NCBI GenBank assembly: GCA_032718475.1
Contig: JAUCBJ010006670.1
Location: 1-64,000 of the forward strand
DNA from: Nemertoderma westbladi
Lineage: Eukaryota > Animalia > Xenacoelomorpha
Direction: 5' to 3'
Length of the DNA stretch: 64,000 nt
Shown here: positions 1 to 64,000 of the stretch, piece by piece
Position numbering within the stretch: position 1 is the stretch's first letter
Layout of the letters: each line of letters begins with the position of its first letter
Translations under genes and position numbers: made by a program
Notes under the pieces: generated by a model
Seen by the model: only the letters and a program-made list of their open reading frames with translations
The model's database searches: none
What the model was told of the DNA's origin: nothing

Positions 1-38
1 CTACTGATGAGGCCTGTTAGACCGAAACGTACGTATAG
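1..38 (+). ncRNA. Minimal type I hammerhead ribozyme motif (Penelope-like element/retrozyme type); stem I truncated by the window edge
   Basis: CTA-CTGATGA-GGCCT gtt AGACC-GAAA-C GTAC G-TA-TAG: intact core, stem II with one mismatch, palindromic GTAC loop III, GUA cleavage triplet, CTA/TAG stem I. Confidence 0.65.
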
Positions 39-523
39 CGCTGGTTCAACCCCCGGTGACGTGGTTTCTAATTTTTTACATTTCTTAACAAAACCATTTA
101 CATTACATCAAGGTAAATAAATATGGTGTAAATGTTACGCCAAAAACCGACAACCAATACTAACAAAAATTAATGTCAATTATCAAATTGAGAGAAATGA
201 ACTGAACAACAGGTATCAATGGCTGACTTTTCCAACCAAAACAATAGGCAACCCCGGTTATACGTTCATGTTTGACGTTGTCGGCGTAGCGTTTACAACC
301 AGGTAAATAAAATAGTTAAAATATTCGAAACGGCTCAGAACTTCCGATAGAGAGGACTCGACTGATGTCTGAAAGGAAACACGTCCGTAGTCCATGGCAA
401 AGTTATCTCAAAATTAAATTGTATTAATTAGGTTTTTGGCTGTGATTCGGTTTAAGGGATAATTATATTTAAAAAATATTAAAGCAAGGTAAAGTATCAT
501 AATTATCCTTTCTGCATTCATAC

Positions 524-55051
<54,528 letters not shown>

Positions 55052-55407
55052 CTAAATAATTAATAATCACAAAAAATATTAATTGGTGCCCTTCGAGTTG
55101 GCCGAGTCGCATCCGGAGTATATCGAGGTGTAGCAAATTACTTTCAGTTTATTACTATTTTATGGGATGTCTGGTCTGTCAATCAGTCACCAGTATTATA
55201 ATATATGGAATCCGGGTAATTAATTGTCCTAGAGGAATTGCCCAGCGACAGAAAGACCTGCATTGGCCTACATTCGTATGGCTGTCAGGGTTCATGGATA
55301 CGTAGGAGTTCGGTAGAAGGCCTTCGCATTGCAAAGGGAATAAAGCACGGTAAGGTGTCATTCCTATCCATTTAGTAAAATAGTCGGGCCAAATCTCAAG
55401 CTAATAA

Positions 55408-57612
55408 ATTAGACTCACATATCGGTTTAATGTTAGACTCACATATCGGTTCAATGTTAGACTCACATATCGGTTCAATGTTAGACTCACATATCGGTTC
55501 AATGTTAGACTCACATATCGGTTCAATGTTAGACTCACATATCGGTTCAATGTTAGACTCACATATCGGTTCAATGTTAGACTCACATATCGGTTCAATG
55601 TTAGACTCACATATCGGTTCAATGTTAGACTCACATATCGGTTCAATGTTAGACTCACATATCGGTTCAATCGGTTCAATGTTAGACTCACATATCGGTT
55701 CAATGCTAGACTCACATATCGGTTCAATGTTAGACTCACATATCGGTTCAATGTTAGACTCACATATCGGTTCAATGTTAGACTCACATATCGGTTCAAT
55801 GTTAGACTCACATATCGGTTCAATGTTAGACTCACATATCGGTTTAATGTTAGACTCACATATCGGTTAAATGTTAGACTCACATATCGGTTCAATGTTA
55901 GACTCACATATCGGTTCAATGTTAGACTCACATATCGGTTCAATGTTAGACTCACATATCGGTTTAATGTTAGACTCACATATCGGTTCAATGTTAGACT
56001 CACATATCGGTTTAATGATAGACTCACATATCGGTTCAATGTTAGACTCACATATCGGTTCAATGTTAGACTCACATATCGGTTCAATGTTAGACTCACA
56101 TATCGGTTCAATGTTAGACTCATATATCGGTTCAATGTTAGACTCATATATCGGTTCAATGTTAGACTCACATATCGGTTCAATGTTAGACTCACATATC
56201 GGTTCAATGTTAGACTCACATATCGGTTCAATGTTAGACTCACATATCGGTTCAATGTTAGACTCACATATCGGTTTAATGTTAGACTCACATATCGGTT
56301 TAATGTTAGACTCACATATCGGATCAATGTTAGACTCACATATCGGTTCAATGTTAGACTCACATATCGGTTCAACGTTAGACTCACATATCGGTTTAAT
56401 GATAGACTCACATATCGGATCAATGTTAGACTCACATATCGGTTCAATGTTAGACTCACATATCGGTTCAATGTTAGACTCACATATCGGTTTAATGATA
56501 GACTCACATATCGGTTCAATGTTAGACTCACATATCGGTTTAATGTTAGACTCACATATAGGTTTAATGATAGACTCACATATCGGTTCAATGTTAAACT
56601 CACATATCGGTTCAATGTTAGACTCACATATCGGTTCAATGTTAGACTCACATATCGGTTCAATGTTAGACTCACATATCGGTTCAATGTTAGACTCACA
56701 TATCGGTTCAATGTTAGACTCACATATCGGTTTAATGATAGACTCACATATCGGTTCAATGTTAGACTCACATATCGGTTCAATGTTAGACTCACATATC
56801 GGTTTAATGTTAGACTCACATATCGGTTCAATGTTAGACTCATATATAGGTTTAATGATAGACTCACATATCGGTTCAATGTTAAACTCACATATCGGTT
56901 CAATGTTAGACTCACATATCGGTTTAATGTTAGACTCACATATCGGTTCAATGTTAGACTCACATATCGGTTTAATGATAGACTCACATATCGGTTCAAT
57001 GTTAGACTCACATATCGGTTTAATGTTAGACTCACATATCGGTTTAATGTTAGACTCACATATCGGTTCAATGTTAGACTCATATATCGGTTCAATGTTA
57101 GACTCACATATCGGTTCAATGTTAGACTCACATATCGGTTCAATGTTAGACTCACATATCGGTTCAATGTTAGACTCACATATCGGTTCAATGTTAGACT
57201 CACATATCGGTTTAATGTTAGACTCACATATCGGTTTAATGTTAGACTCACATATCGGATCAATGTTAGACTCACATATCGGTTCAATGTTAGACTCACA
57301 TATCGGTTCAACGTTAGACTCACATATAGGTTTAATGATAGACTCACATATCGGATCAATGTTAGACTCACATATCGGTTCAATGTTAGACTCACATATC
57401 GGTTTAATGTTAGACTCACATATCGGTTTAATGATAGACTCACATATCGGTTCAATGTTAGACTCACATATCGGTTCAATGTTAGACTCACATATCGGTT
57501 CAATGTTAGACTCACATATCGGTTCAATGTTAGACTCACATATCGGTTCAATGTTAGACTCACATATCGATTCAATGTTAGACTCACATATCATGATGGT
57601 TCAATGTTGAAT
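55408..57612. repeat. 24-bp tandem array (about 90 copies)
   Basis: Unit atgttagactcacatatcggttca; source of the spurious long ORFs on both strands. Confidence 0.97.
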
Positions 57613-58029
57613 ATGCCATACTGCAATCTCTTTGTCAAAAGTGCCTGTCACAAGAATCAGGGTCATCGCCGGCTATGAGGCTATGACGACCGTACCAAGT
57701 ATTACACCACAACTCTTACTTTGCACTCACATAATAATTTATACTACTGTACATTGCGCGGAGCAGTACACCCCCACCTAATTTTCTACAAATCTGATGA
57801 ACAAAGATTACAGCGTAGGATTTGAAACGAAGATGGAAAGATCCATTTTCAAATCAAAAGATATAGATGGCAATATCAGTCGTGTTTTTTTCCACTGTAT
57901 CTTGTACGAAATATAACCCAACTGTATAACCCCAAGTGAATACAGGTGTTAGACTTGGAGTTCCATTTCAGTTGATTCCAAGTTAAACTCTCCGACTGTT
58001 GATTAAAGGGGCTTGTATTTCCAACCAAA

Positions 58030-58370
58030 GTAATAAGCGATCCCGTTATCAATTTAGAGAAAATGAGCAGGTTACAGAGGCTGGCTTTTCCAACAAAAAC
58101 TAGAAACCATCCCATTAACGATACAGGGAAGGAGCAGGTTGGTTGGAGACGTGGGCCTTCTTTCTAACAAAAACTAAATTATAAACGATCTTGTTACCCA
58201 TTGAGAGAAAGGAGCACGTTACAGAGGCGATCTTTTCTAACCAAAACAATAAACTATCTCATTAACAATATATGGAGAGGGGTAGGTTACAGAGACGAGC
58301 TCATAATCAAAACAAGAAACGATCTTCTCTTCTTACCAATTGAAGGAAAGGATCAGATTACAGAGTAGGC
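58030..58370. repeat. Degenerate tandem units of a dispersed repeat family (gagcaggttacagag core)
   Basis: Core recurs 4-5 times; its reverse complement ctgtaacctgctcctt is inside the 29437 MITE and near 43620. Confidence 0.55.
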
Positions 58371-60761
58371 CCTAGTCTATTTAAAAGGTAGGCTAAAATA
58401 CTGAAATTAGTTAATTAATAACCATTATTTAATTGACAGTACAAATCACAAGTATCAGTACGTATCGCAAAACTGTAGTATAGGTACAGATAGCAGGGAA
58501 CACAAAAACGGACAAAAAAAGTAAACAAAGCGGCAACATTTATTTAAACTAACAGGAAAATACTTTCTGGAGATATAAAAAGGGCCTGATAATTTTGGAA
58601 TGGCAATGAAGGTAATTGAAATTGTGTACAACGGGGAACAACAAGCTATGAACACTTATCGATCAAGAGTAAAATGAACAACAATGAGCTACAATTTGCT
58701 CATTGTTCTGTGCGCGTTGTTTACTGTAGCCTGAAATGTTCATGAATAAAACCCCCGTATATGCTTCAGTATATAAAACGCCGTAGCGACTTCGCGCACA
58801 ATAAGTATGCTGTACTGTATGTTAACCCTGTTAAGTTCTCCTGACGTTTACAATACCTGCACCCTTAAATTACTGAATTAAAGGAAAGAGGTGGTAGGCA
58901 GGGGTATCCTATTATAACCAAAACATTAAACTATACTCAATAATACATGTTACAATTTCATTATTGTTCCACGGGACTTTTCGTTTATTTTTTTGGTTAG
59001 AAAAGACAGCACAGCTGTATCCTGGTCCTTCCATTAATTTGTATGGTAAAAGTTAGTAAGCATACTACATACGTTCAACATACTGTAGTATGCATTATGG
59101 CATATTTAAGTATAGGCCTCCTACTGTATCTATTATAATACATAATAAATACTGTCTAACTGTCCCACTGTGTCCCGTCACATAAACTGTAAAATCCGAA
59201 TACACATAGCTGTACTACTGTACTACTATCATACATACAGTAGACTACTAATATCATAACTACCATAACTTCCCATTAGTTCACCCCTTCCTGGTGGACA
59301 TAATTCATTCACCCCTCCCCCCCCCCCCCCACCCACACATACTTGCAGTACTACCCCCCCCCCCCCCGGCGTTTTAATTTTTATTACTATCTTATTTTAC
59401 ATACATACTTATAATATATTGATCTATTTATGTCCAGTGAGTGATATCTTTGTTTTTATCCATCATACATATTTTGTTTTTGATCATGGTCACTCTAATA
59501 TTTTGTTTTTATCTATCACACATACTTACAATATTTTATTTATTTTTACTTCATCTTTGAACATTCCAAATATTTTACTGTATGCCTACGGTGTTTCTTT
59601 TGTAATAATTATTCTTTTAACTCGTCGTCCTTAACTTTTTAGGTCCGCGATATTGTTGTTAATTTCCACTTTGGTTTTGGCTCCATACGGTGCGGTCCTG
59701 GCGTCAATCCCTTATTCTGGTGAATGTTTTTTGTTGTAAGATTGATAGTAAGTCATTCAAGGAGACATTTCATACGTTAGTAGACGAGGACCTTTGAGCG
59801 ATTTCGCGCTTGTCATTCATGTAATTAATTTTATATTTTGCCTGATTAATTAAATATACCCGCAATTATAAATTATACCAACATCTATTTATTTACGTGT
59901 AATTTTAACCTGAGTTTTTTTTATCTATTCAGCCAAACATTTTATTATATTTATATTGTATTTTATTTGTCCGTTACCTCCTACGTACCTTTTAATTACA
60001 ACACTATGGTGCTTTTAACTTAGATTGACTTTGATTTTATTTATAATGAACGTACAGTACAATTTCATACATTTGAATTTAGATACTGTTATTTAATATT
60101 TACCAACAATGTTACGGTTAATTTTATTTATAGTGTGTACTTATGCCCTATTACCATTAAACCATTTATTATAGGAGGAAGGGATAACAAATAACAAATA
60201 AGAGGTAATAACAAATACCTCGAAAAATACAGCTTGCCAACACATTGTTACTACCATTAAACCATTAAACCAATATTATCATGGCTAGTGCCATACTCGT
60301 ACTGCAGTAATGTGTAGTGCTACAGGTACCGGTACCGGTACCATACCAGCGTACCGGTATCCAGCGAAACTTATATCTAAGGACTACTGGACTATGTAGT
60401 CCATAGCAGCATAGTGTGGTACCGGTAGTGGTTGTACTGGTGTAACATGTTTCATCTGCGAAAAATTAAACCCCCTACTGCCATATCTGCATCTCGCATA
60501 TCCTGTAGCCTAGCCTGTAGGCAGCTAGGCCTATTCACTATTTGTAGCTGTACCACTGGTAATGTTAGCTGTAGTCTGTAGTTTAGGTCTGCATGTTGGC
60601 TTACCTTATCCATGCTTATGTAGGCTTACTATTATCCAGTTATCTAATAAAAAATTACCGGTATTAAATACTGAAATAGTACAGTAGGCCTACTATTGAC
60701 AATCTGACAGTGGCTTTTACACTAGCTGCCTAATCAATTCAAATTTGTGGGCAATGCTGTA

Positions 60762-63700
60762 ATGTCATCCAGCGTACAGATACCGGAACCAACTATTGGG
60801 GTTCCCCAAACAATCGAAAATGATGATGACCAAGATGATTTTGTAATGGAAAAAAAGAAAAGAAAACTGATAGTGCCGATGAAGTCAGAGCTGCCATTAA
60901 AGCAGCAGATACATTTGGGACTTAGAATAAATTTCGGTTTTGCCAAATTTAAATCACCACTTCAACAAGAGGCAATTTTAGCAATAGTAAAACGTGAGCA
61001 AGACATATACATCTCTATGCCAACAGGTGGGGGGAAATCATTGTGCTACCAACTACCAGCAGTTCTATCGAACAAAGTGACGTTGATCGTCTCACCGCTC
61101 ATTGCTCTGATTCAAGATCAGTTGGAGCATCTACAAAAATGGAATATTTCCGCTGCATCTTTGAACTCAAAGACCCTAACTTCGGACAAGAAACGAATCC
61201 TCTCAGATATTCGGTCACGGAATCCGACAATCCGATTGCTGTTTGTAACTCCAGAACGCTGCGCTACTGTCGCCTTCCGGGAAGTCCTCCAAGATATGAC
61301 GGCACTCAACAATGTTGCCTACTTTGTAATAGATGAGGCTCATTGCGTCAGCCAATGGGGCCATGATTTTCGTCCAGACTATCTAAAGCTGGGAGAGCTC
61401 CGGAGAGACACATTAGCCGATGTTCCACTGGTCGCACTGACTGCCACAGCCACTGTGGAGGTCCAACTTGATATTCAGAGGAGATTAAACTTTCGTAAAC
61501 CCATTGGGGAGTTCCTTGCAAACTCATTTAGAAGCAACATTATTTATGATGTTAGTTACACAGACTTGCTAAAGGACCCTTGTTGGGAGTTAAAGAAGTT
61601 ACTTTGTAGGTCATTGAGTAATTTAGAAGGGGTATCGGATGGCTGGGTTGGGAGTGGGATTGTTTACTGTCGGACGAGGGATGGTTGTGAGGAGATAGCA
61701 GGTCGGTTGCAGAACTATGGGGTACCATCAAGGGCATACCATGCAGGGCTAACAGACACCCAGCGTGAAGAGACCCAGAGTAGCTGGATGGAAGGGGATA
61801 TACCTGTCATAGTGGCGACTGTCAGCTTCGGGATGGGGGTTGATAAACCTGATGTTAGGGTGGTCGCCCATTGGACATTGCCCAGCAGTATGGCAGCCTA
61901 TTATCAGGAGTCAGGTAGGGCTGGAAGGGATGGGGAGACTGCCCATTGTCGACTGTTTTACTCAAAAAGGGAGAGAGATTTTACATCTTTCTTGGTACGT
62001 AAAGAGTTAAAAGATAAGAAAAGTTCTGTAAACACAAAGCTCCAATGGGCTGGATTAGAGTCATTGATTGGCTATGCTGAGTCTCCAACATGTCGTCATA
62101 GTTCCATCTCCTCATATTTTGGGCATAGCAAGCCTGATTGTACCAGATCCTGTGATGTCTGTATCAACCCTACAGTTGTAAAGAAAGCATTAGCTTCATT
62201 CTCAACCACTCAGGCCCGACTTGGAACAACACGGATTGTGCATGAGACAAAGGAAGTGGATGGATCACTGTATGGAGGCGGCCGATTGGGTGCCAAACTG
62301 GAGAACCAAGAATATAATGAAGACAATGATAGTGATGATAATAAGGGGGGAGAGGATGGGTACAATCTTACCAAGGCTATTCAGATCGAATTCAACAAAC
62401 GAAGAAGGAATAATGTTCAATCAAAATCCAATGAAAGACAGGTAGAAGTTGTGAGTAAAGATTCCCTATTAAAGGATCCATATAATAAGCGAATTGCAAC
62501 TCTCAATGTCCAGACTAGAGAATTTTGTCTTAAATCTCTACTAAATGCATTGGATGCGAACTGGATGACTTGTAAAGGAGAAGATTCCTTGTCAGTAGAG
62601 AAAATAACTGACATTGCTGTACTTTTGGAATTTCAAATATTCCTCAATTCAAAGATCTCCACTGTATATAAGTCACGAGTTCATAAGAAGATATCTGAGA
62701 TAAAATCAGCCAGCATGGAGTTACAATTCCATTCAGCATTTATTGCCTCAGGTGATCATGGTCTACTTAGCAAGGAAAGTCAGGACATACCTGCAGAATC
62801 TTTTCAAACGGCTAAATCCTACTTAAATTCCTTAACAAACCCTGGGAAAAATACCAACAATAATGGCACTCATAGTATTAATAAGAAAGAAACGAATATA
62901 TCATCAAATGCAATACAAAACGAAACTATGAAAGCACATTGTACTTTAACACCTAATGCTAAACTATATAGAGAAGCATTTCCATGTACCAATAATACTG
63001 GCTGCTGCAACACAGACAGTGGTTTTATTAAGGCAACTAAAATTGTATTACCAACCACTACTATTACTTCAACAACACAATGCAATTTAGTTTCATTATC
63101 AAATACAACAAGGATCAATTCACATTACATGAGTTCCAAACCATTATTGCAAGTGTTACCAAACATTGCAACGCCATGTCATTCAAAAACCACCATCGAA
63201 AATTGTGAGCAGCCACAAGAATCACTCCAGATGGTGCCAAACAGGGCTGTACCATATCAACCGACACACAACATGAAACAAACAACAGCGATCAAGCATT
63301 GTCAGTCACCAAAAAAACGAAAACGGCTAGGCAAAGACACACGAACAATTGATACTTATTTTCCAGTCATCAATAAGAATAAGGCCGTCCCTGGTATAAA
63401 ACGTAGATACAGCGAGGAAACAACTAAATATCTAGATGGGGAAAATCACTGCCAAGGAGAATCAGTTGATTGTAGTAATAATGAACGCAATCAAAGTAAA
63501 TATACAAACCCTGACATTATAAAGAATACTAAGGTGGACAATGTGTTGGGAACCAATGATCCACATAAACTAGCTACCAAGGATACAATGCAATTGGGAA
63601 CCAGGGATTCATGGCAACTGGGAAACAATGAGCCATGGCAACTGGGAACCAATGAGCCATGGCCATCTAGAATCAATGATCCTCGGCAACTGGCAACCAA

Positions 63701-64000
63701 GGATACTGGACGACTTTTTGGAACTAATAATCTGCAGCAACTAGCAACCAAGGATACTACGCACATTGGAACCAATGATATCGGGCATATGGGAACTAAT
63801 GATCCTAAGCAACGAGCAACCATGGATACTAAGCAAATGGGATCCAAGGATACAAGGCAATTGGGAACCAAGGATACGAGGCAATTGGAAACAAATGATA
63901 TGAGGCAATTGGGGAGCAAGTATGAAGGGTTAGAATCAAGGAGGACACTGAAGCGAGCAGTGGCTGATGCCATTGTCGAGACACTGACTCCACATTATAA
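60762..64000 (+). CDS. RECQL5: ATP-dependent DNA helicase RecQ5 (single uninterrupted ORF, 3' end beyond the window)
   Basis: [63 protein letters not shown], Zn-binding CRH...CDVC, SLYGGGR, and SRI-domain start [17 protein letters not shown] in the same frame at the window end; in-frame stop upstream at 60723. Confidence 0.93.
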   Translation, partial: MSSSVQIPEPTIGVPQTIENDDDQDDFVMEKKKRKLIVPMKSELPLKQQIHLGLRINFGFAKFKSPLQQEAILAIVKREQDIYISMPTGGGKSLCYQLPAVLSNKVTLIVSPLIALIQDQLEHLQKWNISAASLNSKTLTSDKKRILSDIRSRNPTIRLLFVTPERCATVAFREVLQDMTALNNVAYFVIDEAHCVSQWGHDFRPDYLKLGELRRDTLADVPLVALTATATVEVQLDIQRRLNFRKPIGEFLANSFRSNIIYDVSYTDLLKDPCWELKKLLCRSLSNLEGVSDGWVGSGIVYCRTRDGCEEIAGRLQNYGVPSRAYHAGLTDTQREETQSSWMEGDIPVIVATVSFGMGVDKPDVRVVAHWTLPSSMAAYYQESGRAGRDGETAHCRLFYSKRERDFTSFLVRKELKDKKSSVNTKLQWAGLESLIGYAESPTCRHSSISSYFGHSKPDCTRSCDVCINPTVVKKALASFSTTQARLGTTRIVHETKEVDGSLYGGGRLGAKLENQEYNEDNDSDDNKGGEDGYNLTKAIQIEFNKRRRNNVQSKSNERQVEVVSKDSLLKDPYNKRIATLNVQTREFCLKSLLNALDANWMTCKGEDSLSVEKITDIAVLLEFQIFLNSKISTVYKSRVHKKISEIKSASMELQFHSAFIASGDHGLLSKESQDIPAESFQTAKSYLNSLTNPGKNTNNNGTHSINKKETNISSNAIQNETMKAHCTLTPNAKLYREAFPCTNNTGCCNTDSGFIKATKIVLPTTTITSTTQCNLVSLSNTTRINSHYMSSKPLLQVLPNIATPCHSKTTIENCEQPQESLQMVPNRAVPYQPTHNMKQTTAIKHCQSPKKRKRLGKDTRTIDTYFPVINKNKAVPGIKRRYSEETTKYLDGENHCQGESVDCSNNERNQSKYTNPDIIKNTKVDNVLGTNDPHKLATKDTMQLGTRDSWQLGNNEPWQLGTNEPWPSRINDPRQLATKDTGRLFGTNNLQQLATKDTTHIGTNDIGHMGTNDPKQRATMDTKQMGSKDTRQLGTKDTRQLETNDMRQLGSKYEGLESRRTLKRAVADAIVETLTPHY

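Noticed and set aside
55401-57610. Long ORFs of 728, 575 and 579 aa
   Set aside because: Products of a stop-free 24-bp tandem unit, open on both strands; no non-repetitive domain.
57601-57672. WD40-like peptide PAMTLILVTGTFDKEIAVWHIQH on the minus strand
   Set aside because: Only about 23 residues, flanked by stops, weak acceptor and no companion exons visible; kept only as context for the hidden-exon finding.
63491-63973. 160-aa Cys-rich minus-strand ORF
   Set aside because: Antisense shadow of the RecQ5 coding repeat.

Overview
Animal (invertebrate-like, AT-rich introns) genomic DNA, not prokaryotic. The minus strand carries 23 phase-consistent coding exons (about 2,020 codons, 55051 down to 524) of the central-pair cilia gene HYDIN; both ends of the gene lie outside the window. 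Two plus-strand genes sit antisense to it: a two-coding-exon MOLO-1/TPM-domain type I membrane protein (29819..30085 + 36144..36983) inside an 18.6 kb HYDIN intron, and an intronless RecQ5 helicase ORF (60762..>64000, absent from the ORF track because its stop is outside the window). The most striking pattern is that about a third of the window consists of unrelated 36-54 bp tandem arrays, each a copy of the real splice junction next to it. Four arrays reiterate HYDIN exon end plus GT donor (up to about 230 copies), one reiterates the nested gene's branch point, pyrimidine tract, AG and exon start (about 75 copies), and one copies a HYDIN acceptor region without the AG. Also present: a minimal type I hammerhead ribozyme motif at 1-38, a candidate 31-nt intron (or frameshift) in HYDIN, two TIR elements with target-site duplications, a LINE 3' end amplified into a 66-bp array, a 91-bp hairpin and RFX X-box-like motifs. 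Protein assignments come from motif recognition by eye, not database searches; copy numbers are span divided by unit length.
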